Assembly: GCA_028716965.1 (NCBI GenBank)
Contig: JAQUOV010000007.1
Coordinates: 58,795 to 122,794, forward strand
DNA from: Candidatus Omnitrophota bacterium
Lineage (GTDB): Bacteria; Omnitrophota; Gorgyraeia; Gygaellales; Profunditerraquicolaceae
Direction of reading: 5' to 3'
Length of the DNA stretch: 64,000 bases
Below, in pieces: positions 8,152 through 15,966 of the stretch (the first letter of the stretch is position 1; each line of letters opens with the position of its first letter). Under the pieces are notes generated by a model. The model was not told the DNA's origin, did no database searches, and saw only the letters and a program-made list of their open reading frames with translations. Both the position numbers and the translations under genes were made by a program.

Positions 8152-10164
8152 ATGAATCCAAAGGATAAAGAGTTTATTATCAGAGAGCTGCTATTTTTTG
8201 CCGGCCTTAACAGGAGGGAGCTGGCAATAATCAAGGCACGATCCCAGGTCGTTGAGTACCATAAGGGTCAGGTTATTTACGAAGAAAAATCAGGACCCAG
8301 CGCTTTTTATTGCATTATCTCGGGCAGGGTGCAGATTTATACTACTGATAAAGAAGGACGGCAGGTGATCCTGGAGTATCTGCACCGCGGAAAATATTTC
8401 GGGATCATCTCCTTGCTTACCAATGAGCCGCATTCGGTGACCAGTATTGCGATGAATGATTGCGTGATCCTGGTAATTAATAAAAATGATTTTGATTTTG
8501 TGTTAAAGAATATCCCCCGCCTGGCAATTGATTTAAGCCGGACATTAAGCCGCAGGCTTAAGCGTAAAGATATCCACCAGAAAATAATATTTGAAAGTAC
8601 GGTTGTCTCCGTCTTCAGCTCCTACGCTCATGCGGGGAAGACCGTCTATGCCTTAAATCTTGCGCTTAGCCTCAGCCGTGAGACGCGAAAATCGGTGATT
8701 ATCCTGGATATATTGCCTCAGGATAAGATGCATACCCTGCCGGATAAGCTGGAATTAACCCCGCCGCCGGTATTTGACCTGTCTTCTTCCGCTGAGATAT
8801 ATCTCTTCCCTAAAGATTATATCGCAAAGAGCAGATTCAGCGTAGAGCTGTGCTGTTTTTATTACCAGCAGGATAATGACACCTGCCTGAAAAGGTTAAT
8901 TGAGATATTGAGCCTCTTGGTTAATGATTACCACTATATCATTTTGGATCTTCCGGCAGCCATGGATCGTTCCATTATCAGCATGCTTAACCAGTCTGAC
9001 ATAATCCATATATTAAGCAGCCCGGATCCGGTGGACCTAAAGCGCACGAATAACCTGATTACCCGGCTTAAAACTGATTTTAATTTTGACCCCCATAAAA
9101 TAAAGACCATTGTTAATGAATATAAATTAGCCAAGATTGACTATAGCTGTCAGCTTAAGATCCTGGACCAGGAGATCTTTGCCACTATCCCCAAGATTAA
9201 GTTTGATTCCGGAGAGCGTTTAATTATTGATGAACCGGACTGCGAATATTCCAAGGCAGTCAGGAGGATCGCCCGGCAGCTGGGGGACTGTCTGGTAGGT
9301 TTAGTTTTGGGGGTTGGCGTAGGATATGGATTCTGCCATATAGGGGTACTGAAGGTCATTGAAGAAGAAAAGATCCCTATTGATATAATCGCCGGTTCAA
9401 GCATCGGTTCGCTCATTGCCAGCCTCTGGGCTATCGGCAAGAGCAGCCAGGAGATCCTGGAGATTACAAGTAAATTCAGACAGCCAAAGCACATCTGGGC
9501 CTTGATCGATATAACTTTCCCGCGGCTCGGTTTTATTAAAGGCAATAAACTGCGCCGTTTTTTGAAGAAGCATTTTGGGGATAAGACTTTCTATGATGTG
9601 AGGCTTCCTTTAAAGATTATTGCCAGTGACGTGCACAAGAAGGAACCGAGGATCCTGGATAAGGGCCTGCTGGTTGATGCTATAATGGCCAGCTGTTCCA
9701 TGCCGGGAGTATTTACGCCTTTTAAATTCAAAGAAGATGTTCTTTTTGACGGGGGGGTGACCAACCCTTTGCCCACTGAGTCTTTAATGCAGATAGGGGT
9801 AAAGAAGATCATTGCCGTAAACGTTACTCCTTCACGGGAGGATATCGTAAGGCAACTGGTGAAACTTAAGGAGGACGTCCTCCCCGGGCAGGCCGTTTCT
9901 GCCCAAAAAAATAAACCCCTTAACTGGCTTGGCAGGCTGAAGAACATTTTTAAACTTAATATCGTAGATATCATTTTCAGCAGCGTGGAAGTCTTGCAGT
10001 CAGAGGTAGCCAGGCGTGAAGGTGAACTGGCGGATATTGTTTTGCACCCGGATACCGCAGGTTTGTTTTGGCTGGAACTGCACAGAGCTGATGAATTCGC
10101 CAGGCGCGGGGAGATTGAGGCAAGAAATAACTTGGATAAAATCTGGCAACTGGTTAACGAATAG
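8152..10164 (+). CDS. Cyclic-nucleotide-binding domain / degenerate ParA-MinD-like domain / patatin-like phospholipase fusion protein
   Basis: N-terminus has a CAP/Crp-type cNMP-binding fold (FFAGLNRRELAII...GKYFGIISLL). The middle region resembles a P-loop NTPase but the Walker A is degenerate (SSYAHAGKT). The C-terminus is patatin: GxGxxG (GLVLGVGVGYG), GxSxG (GSSIG) and DGG (FDGGVTN). Confidence 0.75.
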   Translation: MNPKDKEFIIRELLFFAGLNRRELAIIKARSQVVEYHKGQVIYEEKSGPSAFYCIISGRVQIYTTDKEGRQVILEYLHRGKYFGIISLLTNEPHSVTSIAMNDCVILVINKNDFDFVLKNIPRLAIDLSRTLSRRLKRKDIHQKIIFESTVVSVFSSYAHAGKTVYALNLALSLSRETRKSVIILDILPQDKMHTLPDKLELTPPPVFDLSSSAEIYLFPKDYIAKSRFSVELCCFYYQQDNDTCLKRLIEILSLLVNDYHYIILDLPAAMDRSIISMLNQSDIIHILSSPDPVDLKRTNNLITRLKTDFNFDPHKIKTIVNEYKLAKIDYSCQLKILDQEIFATIPKIKFDSGERLIIDEPDCEYSKAVRRIARQLGDCLVGLVLGVGVGYGFCHIGVLKVIEEEKIPIDIIAGSSIGSLIASLWAIGKSSQEILEITSKFRQPKHIWALIDITFPRLGFIKGNKLRRFLKKHFGDKTFYDVRLPLKIIASDVHKKEPRILDKGLLVDAIMASCSMPGVFTPFKFKEDVLFDGGVTNPLPTESLMQIGVKKIIAVNVTPSREDIVRQLVKLKEDVLPGQAVSAQKNKPLNWLGRLKNIFKLNIVDIIFSSVEVLQSEVARREGELADIVLHPDTAGLFWLELHRADEFARRGEIEARNNLDKIWQLVNE

Positions 10165-10194
10165 ATAGATTGTGTGTTTATTTAAGGAGGCCTT

Positions 10195-10683
10195 ATGAAA
10201 AGAAGTATGTGTTTTGTCATCATGATTATCTGTTGTTTGCTGCCTGTTGTTTTATCGGGGTGTGCGACAATTAAAGAAACAGCTAAGGGTTTTGCCGGGA
10301 TCTCAACCCAGGTTTTGGAAGAAAAGCGCAATGAGGCCCTGAAAAAATCCGTTGCCATGGATTATGACAGCTGTTATGCTAAAGTGAAGAGTATCCTGAA
10401 AGAAAAAATGTCTTATCTATACGCCGAGGATGCCCAGAAGAAAATGCTCGCTGTTTATCTGTCGGAAACAGATACTACTCCCGTAGGGATATTCCTTAGT
10501 CAGGATGGGAAAGACCATACGATGATTGAGGTATCCAGCCCCAGCATTTATGCTAAGGAGTATATGGCGAACAGTATCTTTACCGGTATCGACGCATTGC
10601 TCAACCCAAAGAGCCAGCCGGAAGGCAGTGGCTTGGCCTCTGATACTCAAAACAAACAGGAGAAAGGGCCCGATGTCAAGTAA
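10195..10683 (+). CDS. Hypothetical lipoprotein
   Basis: Signal peptide plus lipobox LSGC. No recognisable domain. RBS aaggagg upstream. Confidence 0.55.
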   Translation: MKRSMCFVIMIICCLLPVVLSGCATIKETAKGFAGISTQVLEEKRNEALKKSVAMDYDSCYAKVKSILKEKMSYLYAEDAQKKMLAVYLSETDTTPVGIFLSQDGKDHTMIEVSSPSIYAKEYMANSIFTGIDALLNPKSQPEGSGLASDTQNKQEKGPDVK

Positions 10684-10981
10684 GGGATTAGTGATCAGTG
10701 ATTTGATCAAGCAATGCCACCGGACTGCCAAAAGCAAAGGGTGGTGGATTAATAGCCGCAATGATGGAGAGTTGATCGCGCTTATGCATTCCGAGTTATC
10801 CGAAGCGTTGGAAGCAATGCGTAAGGGCGGCAAGAAAGAAGAGTTAGCCGAGGAGCTGGCAGATTGCTGTATCCGAATATTCGATTATTGCGGTTCGCGG
10901 AAAATAAACCTGGAAGAAGCATTGTCGAAGAAAATGGAATACAACAAGACCCGGCCCCACAGGCACGGAAAGAAGTTTTAG
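10673..10981 (+). CDS. MazG-like nucleotide pyrophosphohydrolase (small all-alpha NTP-PPase)
   Basis: About 102 aa with an EELADCCI-type metal-binding EExxD/E motif, as in MazG/HisE-like proteins. Start taken at MSSKG (ATG 10673) inside the longer ORF that begins at 10526; it overlaps the upstream gene by 11 nt. Confidence 0.55.
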   Translation: MSSKGLVISDLIKQCHRTAKSKGWWINSRNDGELIALMHSELSEALEAMRKGGKKEELAEELADCCIRIFDYCGSRKINLEEALSKKMEYNKTRPHRHGKKF

Positions 10982-11005
10982 GAAAGTATAAATAAGGAGG
11001 AGCAG

Positions 11006-11239
11006 ATGCCATACGATAGCAGTTTAGACGCGCAGGTATTCAGCCGTTTTTGGGAGAATGACAGCGGCAAGATCGTGGTCAGTGTTTATTCATACAATAA
11101 CGGGCCGCGCAAGATACAGATTGTAAGGGAGATAAAGGATAGAAATGGTGAATATGCCTTTGCCAAATTGGGCAGGTTAACTAAAGAGGAGGCTGAAGGG
11201 GTTTTGCCGTTAATCCAGGAATCTCTGAAGAATATGTAA
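11006..11239 (+). CDS. Small PC4/YdbC-like ssDNA-binding family protein (tentative)
   Basis: 77 aa. The pattern KIVVSVYSYNNGPRKIQIVREIKDRNGEYAFAKLGRLTKEEA resembles the bacterial PC4-like fold (beta-strand core, KG..L). RBS aaggagg upstream. Confidence 0.4.
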   Translation: MPYDSSLDAQVFSRFWENDSGKIVVSVYSYNNGPRKIQIVREIKDRNGEYAFAKLGRLTKEEAEGVLPLIQESLKNM

Positions 11240-11252
11240 TAAACAGTAAATT

Positions 11253-12821
11253 ATGGCTCAAGCGAAGAAGAGGGACAATTGGGGTTCGCGCCTGGGAGTG
11301 ATTATGGCAGTTGCGGGTTCTGCCATCGGCTTAGGGAATTTCCTGCGTTTTCCGGCAAAAGCTGCCGCAAATGGCGGCGGTGCTTTTATGATACCCTATT
11401 TCGTTTCCCTCCTTTTTTTAGGGATCCCCCTTATGTGGATTGAATGGACGCTTGGCCGTTACGGCGGAGGTTTTGGCCATGGGACTGCCCCAGGCATATT
11501 CCACAACCTTTGGCAGAAGAATCGTTTCATCAAATATTTCGGCGTAATCGGGATATTCGGCCCGCTGGTAATCTCCATTTATTATTTATTCATTGAATCC
11601 TGGACATTGGCTTATAGCTTTTTTGCTTTAACCGGTAAATGCACCGCTCTTATGGACCAGAATTCCCTGCGCAGCTTTCTCGCCGGGTTCCAGGGGTTGG
11701 AAAAAAACCAGTATTTTAGCGGCATCGGGACAGCGTATACCTTCTTTTTAATTACCTTTTTGCTGAATATATCGGTGATTTATTACGGGATAAAAGGCGG
11801 GATAGAGAAGCTTTGTAAATGGGCGATCCCGCTGTTATTTATTTTTGGGCTGGTGCTTATAATTAGAGTCATGACTTTAGGTACTCCCGATATAAGCAGG
11901 CCTGATTGGAATATCCTGGCAGGGTTCGGGTTCCTATGGAACCCGGATTTTTCCGCGCTTAAGTCTGCCAAGGTTTGGCTGGAAGCCGCAGGCCAGATAT
12001 TTTTTACCTTGAGCGTAGGTATAGGAGTAATCCTTACTTATGCCAGTTATTTAAAAAAAGCCGATGATGTGGTGCTCTCCGGCCTTACTGCCGCCAGCAC
12101 TAATGAAATCGCCGAGGTCATATTTGGTGCCAGTATAGTCATACCTGCGGCATTCGTATTCTTTGGCCCGGTAGATATCAAATCTATCGCCCAGTCAGGG
12201 GTATTTAACCTGGGTTTTGTGACCATGACCTTAGTCCTGAATAAGCTTCCTTTACCCCAGATATTCGGGTTCTTCTGGTTTTTCTTATTATTCCTGGCCG
12301 GCATTACTTCTTCGGTTTCCCTGGCTCAACCGGCAGTGGCATTCCTGGAAGATGAATTCAACATCAGCCGTAAACGCGCGGTCTCCATATTCGCTATAGC
12401 CTCTTTTATTTTATGCCAACCGGTAATATTTTTCCTCGGCCGGGGGGTAATTAACGAATTAGATTTCTGGGGCGGGACATTTTTTCTGGTGGTCTTTGCC
12501 ACAATCGAAACAGTGCTTTTCGTCTGGGTCTTCGGAATGGATCGTGCCTGGGATGAGATACACAAAGGGGCGGATATGGCTGTGCCCAAGGTTTACAAGT
12601 TTATTATCAAATATATCACGCCGTTGTTCTTATTTGTTATCCTGGGAATGTGGTTTATGCAGGAATGGATACCTATAATCATGATGAAGAATGTTTCAGC
12701 CGCAGAAATGCCTTTTGTTTTTGGCACGCGCCTGGGCTTATTGTTTATATTTATAACCTTGGTGCTCCTGGTGAAGATCGCCTGGCAGAGGAAAAAACAG
12801 CAAGCAAGAGGGGAACGATGA
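11253..12821 (+). CDS. Sodium-dependent transporter, NSS/SNF family
   Basis: N-terminal GSAIGLGNFLRFP...NGGGAFMIPYF signature of neurotransmitter:sodium symporters. 522 aa, polytopic. Confidence 0.85.
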   Translation: MAQAKKRDNWGSRLGVIMAVAGSAIGLGNFLRFPAKAAANGGGAFMIPYFVSLLFLGIPLMWIEWTLGRYGGGFGHGTAPGIFHNLWQKNRFIKYFGVIGIFGPLVISIYYLFIESWTLAYSFFALTGKCTALMDQNSLRSFLAGFQGLEKNQYFSGIGTAYTFFLITFLLNISVIYYGIKGGIEKLCKWAIPLLFIFGLVLIIRVMTLGTPDISRPDWNILAGFGFLWNPDFSALKSAKVWLEAAGQIFFTLSVGIGVILTYASYLKKADDVVLSGLTAASTNEIAEVIFGASIVIPAAFVFFGPVDIKSIAQSGVFNLGFVTMTLVLNKLPLPQIFGFFWFFLLFLAGITSSVSLAQPAVAFLEDEFNISRKRAVSIFAIASFILCQPVIFFLGRGVINELDFWGGTFFLVVFATIETVLFVWVFGMDRAWDEIHKGADMAVPKVYKFIIKYITPLFLFVILGMWFMQEWIPIIMMKNVSAAEMPFVFGTRLGLLFIFITLVLLVKIAWQRKKQQARGER

Positions 12822-12922
12822 AGTTGTCCGGATGGTTATTTGTAATTTCTTCCTGGGGATTGATTATCGGCTTGTTCGTTTTTTGTTTAGTTAAAGTCTT
12901 CTCAAAGAGAGGGGTAAAATGA
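12818..12922 (+). CDS. Small single-TM protein downstream of the NSS transporter
   Basis: 34-aa hydrophobic ORF (MKLSGWLFVISSWGLIIGLFVFCLVK...). A small membrane protein commonly follows NSS genes. Coupled stop/start. Confidence 0.35.
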   Translation: MKLSGWLFVISSWGLIIGLFVFCLVKVFSKRGVK

Positions 12923-13302
12923 AGAAAATCATCCCCGTTGTTCTGGCCTGCTTTATCCTTCCGTTTGCTTGCGGATGTGTCCCATTAATTATCGGCGCAG
13001 CTGCGGGCGGGCTGGGCGCTTATGCCGTAAGCAGGGATACAGTGCAGGGGGACAGCGATAGGGGCTTTGATTTGCTTTGGGAGTCTGCGGTAAATGTTGC
13101 CAGGCAGCAGGGCATAGTGCAGCAAGAGAATATCTCGACAGGGTATATCGAGTTAACTGCCGATTCCGCCAAGGTTTGGATAAGGCTTATCCGGCTGACC
13201 CGGGCTACTACCCGCATCAGGGTATCCGCGCGGAAATACCATTTCCCCGATATGGATTTAGCTCAGGATCTTTTTGTCAAGATCGTTACCGGAGTAAAAT
13301 AA
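12919..13302 (+). CDS. Hypothetical lipoprotein
   Basis: Signal peptide with lipobox FACGC. 127 aa. Confidence 0.5.
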   Translation: MKKIIPVVLACFILPFACGCVPLIIGAAAGGLGAYAVSRDTVQGDSDRGFDLLWESAVNVARQQGIVQQENISTGYIELTADSAKVWIRLIRLTRATTRIRVSARKYHFPDMDLAQDLFVKIVTGVK

Positions 13303-13411
13303 AGCTTTTCAAGGGTAAGTTGTACATAAGTTAAACCAGCCAGCCTGCTGCATATTTCTTCTTTTCTTTTTGAGAAATTTGTGTACAATATATAAAAATA
13401 GTTAACTTTTA

Positions 13412-13484
13412 GCCGAGATAGCTCAGTGGTAGAGCGCGGCCCTGAAAAGGCCGGCGTGGGGGGTCCGATTCCCTCTCTCGGCAT
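13412..13484 (+). tRNA. tRNA-Phe (anticodon GAA)
   Basis: Manual cloverleaf: acceptor GCCGAGA/TCTCGGC, D-arm AGCTCAGTGGTAGAGC, anticodon loop CTGAAAA, T-loop TCCGATTCC. Confidence 0.88.
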
Positions 13485-13525
13485 AAATAACGTGCGGCTA
13501 CAAGGGTATTGTTGACGGATAGTAA

Positions 13526-13562
13526 AAATGAACCCGGCTTTATATAAAGCCGGGTTCATTTT
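13526..13562. terminator. Bidirectional hairpin terminator between tRNA-Phe and csp copy 1
   Basis: aaaatgaacccggctttatataaagccgggttcatttt, a perfect stem flanked by A/T runs on both sides. Confidence 0.5.
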
Positions 13563-13579
13563 GTTGCTTATACGTAACC

Positions 13580-13780
13580 TTATATCTTCTTTACGTTAGT
13601 TGCCTGGTCGCCTTTCGGCCCTTGGGTAACCTCAAACTCTACTTCGTCGCCCTCTGCCAAAGATTTATATCCTTCTCCGGTGATAGCGCTAAAATGCACG
13701 AAGACATCCTTGCCATCTTCGGAAGTAACAAAACCGTAACCTTTTTGGTTGGAAAACCATTTTACCTTTCCCTTTGCCAT
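13580..13780 (-). CDS. Cold-shock protein CspA family (copy 1)
   Basis: 66 aa [33 protein letters not shown], with the canonical RNP1/RNP2 motifs. Confidence 0.9.
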   Translation of the reverse strand: MAKGKVKWFSNQKGYGFVTSEDGKDVFVHFSAITGEGYKSLAEGDEVEFEVTQGPKGDQATNVKKI

Positions 13781-13916
13781 TGCTGATTCTCACCTCCTTA
13801 AAAAAAATCAGAAAAAAATGTCGAATCTTAGCAGATTCGACTTCTTTTCTGATTTTGCGGTTTGTACCTGAAACTAAACAATTTCTTTGCTTCTCCTCTG
13901 AACTTAGCTTACTTTT

Positions 13917-13946
13917 TAAATATAACATGAATTGAACGTTTGTCAA
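13917..13946 (-). promoter_or_regulatory. Sigma70-like promoter of csp copy 1 (TTGACA-16-TATATT on the minus strand)
   Basis: Reverse complement of ttgtcaa...aatataa upstream of a roughly 130-nt 5' UTR. The UTR contains the perfect hairpin gtcgaatcttagcagattcgac. Confidence 0.4.
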
Positions 13947-13976
13947 CCTTTTTTATGTATAAAGTTAAGCGGGCAA

Positions 13977-14004
13977 TTGACTATTGCCCAGGAATTGGTA
14001 TAAT
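13977..14004 (+). promoter_or_regulatory. Sigma70-like promoter TTGACT-16-TATAAT reading into the GGDEF-PilZ gene
   Basis: Near-consensus -35 and -10 boxes at the right end of the repeat unit. Confidence 0.45.
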
Positions 14005-14059
14005 GTTGGACAAATCCGGTTTGTAACCAAGCCCAGGGCAATCGGTAAAGGCAGGTTTT

Positions 14060-15274
14060 ATGAAGAGGGTTAGATTTATAAGTTTACAAGAGAAACTATC
14101 AAGAATTATCTTCTCAAGGTATTTCCGTTTAGGGTTAATCGTTTCCGGTTTTATCTGCCTTGTGCTTTTAAGGCAATCCTCAAAAACCTTCGGTGTTTCT
14201 TTAGGGTACATATATATTATCTTGATCTCGTTAAGCGGGATGTGGTTTGGCTTAAGAGGGGGGATCATCTCGGCATTATTTGCCGCAGCTATATTCCTCA
14301 TCGAGGTAGAGCTTTATCTGTTTTGGCCGGCCAGGGACCTGGTCCTGAAAGGCTCGCTTTTTAGGCTGGCTGTTTATTTCCTGAGCGGGATTATTTTAGG
14401 GTATGTTTCAGAATTGCAAAACAAATTAAGCCAGGAGATAAAATACCTGGCTTACCATGATAAACTTACCGGTTGCGTAAATTACACCTGGATAGTTGAA
14501 TTCCTGGAAAAAGAAATCGCCCGCTCCCGGCGTTTTATAAAAGAATTCTCCATAATCCTGATTGATATTGACCATTTTAAGTCAATAAACGATACATACG
14601 GCCACCTTGTTGGAAATGACGCTCTGGCAGCCTTTGCAAATGTTATAAAAGCTAATTTAAGGAATATGGATATAGTAGGCAGGTACGGGGGTGAAGAGTT
14701 CTTGATCATCCTGCCCGAACTTGGTTCAAACGCAGCCCTGGAGGTCCTGGAGAGGATTAGAAGCAAGCTTTCCGAAGCCAGGATAACTTCCCGCCACTTA
14801 AGAGAAGGTATAGGTATATCTTTGCAATTCAGCGCCGGTGTTGCTTCTTTCCCCTATAACGCAAATAATGCTAATGATCTAATCAAGCTGGCCGATGATG
14901 TGCTTTACCAGGCTAAACAAAAAGGAAGGGGCAGGGTCATCGTAGAGTTGAGGAGATGTGTCAGGCTTAAGCCCCATAAAGGGCTAGGAGTAGAGCTGTC
15001 TGGCTTAGTAGATAAAGGGAAGATAAAGATTATAAGGCTGGAGAATATTTCCGAACGCGGAATGTCCTTCCTTTCTCTGCATGATTTTCCGGATAAGGAG
15101 CTCTTGTGCCGTTTTTCTTTGCCCGGGCAGGAGCTTACCTCAGAGTTTACCTGCAGGGTTGCCCATAAAAGCAGGCTGGAGCGCGGCGTTTATCGCGTAG
15201 GTATCTATTTTGTAGATCTTCCTGCTCCTATCCGTGGGACATTATTCCATTTTATCCATCAGGCTGAAAATTAG
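14060..15274 (+). CDS. Membrane-anchored diguanylate cyclase (GGDEF, intact GGEEF) with a C-terminal PilZ domain
   Basis: N-terminal TM segments. GGDEF domain with RYGGEEF. C-terminus carries PilZ RxxxR (RRCVR) and D/NxSxGG (NISERG). Confidence 0.8.
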   Translation: MKRVRFISLQEKLSRIIFSRYFRLGLIVSGFICLVLLRQSSKTFGVSLGYIYIILISLSGMWFGLRGGIISALFAAAIFLIEVELYLFWPARDLVLKGSLFRLAVYFLSGIILGYVSELQNKLSQEIKYLAYHDKLTGCVNYTWIVEFLEKEIARSRRFIKEFSIILIDIDHFKSINDTYGHLVGNDALAAFANVIKANLRNMDIVGRYGGEEFLIILPELGSNAALEVLERIRSKLSEARITSRHLREGIGISLQFSAGVASFPYNANNANDLIKLADDVLYQAKQKGRGRVIVELRRCVRLKPHKGLGVELSGLVDKGKIKIIRLENISERGMSFLSLHDFPDKELLCRFSLPGQELTSEFTCRVAHKSRLERGVYRVGIYFVDLPAPIRGTLFHFIHQAEN

Positions 15275-15351
15275 GTTAATAAAGGCGCGCTGCCGGGTAA
15301 AAAATAACCGGATCTATCTAGATCCGGTTATTTTTTTATACTCAACAAACC

Positions 15352-15552
15352 TTATATCTTCTTTACGTTAGTTGCCTGGTCGCCTTTCGGCCCTTGGGTA
15401 ACCTCAAACTCTACTTCGTCGCCCTCTGCCAAAGATTTATATCCTTCTCCGGTGATAGCGCTAAAATGCACGAAGACATCCTTGCCATCTTCGGAAGTAA
15501 CAAAACCGTAACCTTTTTGGTTGGAAAACCATTTTACCTTTCCCTTTGCCAT
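15352..15552 (-). CDS. Cold-shock protein CspA family (copy 2, identical to copy 1)
   Basis: Identical 66-aa product. Confidence 0.9.
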   Translation of the reverse strand: MAKGKVKWFSNQKGYGFVTSEDGKDVFVHFSAITGEGYKSLAEGDEVEFEVTQGPKGDQATNVKKI

Positions 15553-15748
15553 TGCTGATTCTCACCTCCTTAAAAAAAATCAGAAAAAAATGTCGAATCT
15601 TAGCAGATTCGACTTCTTTTCTGATTTTGCGGTTTGTACCTGAAACTAAACAATTTCTTTGCTTCTCCTCTGAACTTAGCTTACTTTTTAAATATAACAT
15701 GAATTGAACGTTTGTCAACCTTTTTTATGTATAAAGTTAAGCGGGCAA

Positions 15749-15776
15749 TTGACTATTGCCCAGGAATTGGTATAAT
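15749..15776 (+). promoter_or_regulatory. Sigma70-like promoter TTGACT-16-TATAAT (repeat copy 2) reading into tRNA-Thr and the MFS gene
   Basis: Same sequence as 13977..14004. The tRNA starts about 12 nt downstream of the -10 box. Confidence 0.45.
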
Positions 15777-15788
15777 GTTGGACAAAAT

Positions 15789-15861
15789 GCCGATGTAGCT
15801 CAGTTGGTAGAGCAGGACTTTCGTAAAGTCAAGGTCGGTGGTTCGATTCCACTCATCGGCT
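15789..15861 (+). tRNA. tRNA-Thr (anticodon CGT)
   Basis: Manual cloverleaf: acceptor GCCGATG/CATCGGC, anticodon loop TTCGTAA, T-loop GGTTCGATTCC. No encoded CCA. Confidence 0.85.
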
Positions 15862-15966
15862 TAATTCTTCGTTTTTTAACCTGTGGCTTTGGCAATCGGA
15901 TGCCAAACCATAGTTCTCTAACTTATGGCTTTGCTTAAAGGAGTGCAAACCATAGTTCTCTAACTT

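Larger units (their letters stand above)
13576..14014. repeat. 439-bp direct repeat copy 1 (csp gene, its long 5' UTR and divergent promoters)
   Basis: Identical to 15349..15786 by visual alignment of the two stretches. Confidence 0.85.
15349..15786. repeat. 439-bp direct repeat copy 2
   Basis: Identical to 13576..14014. Confidence 0.85.

Noticed and set aside
8152-10164. cNMP-patatin gene as a CBASS (CapV-like) effector
   Set aside because: No CD-NTase/cGAS-like nucleotidyltransferase or Cap2/Cap3 genes nearby. The sensor is a CAP/Crp-type cNMP domain rather than a SAVED/STING/CapV-type domain.
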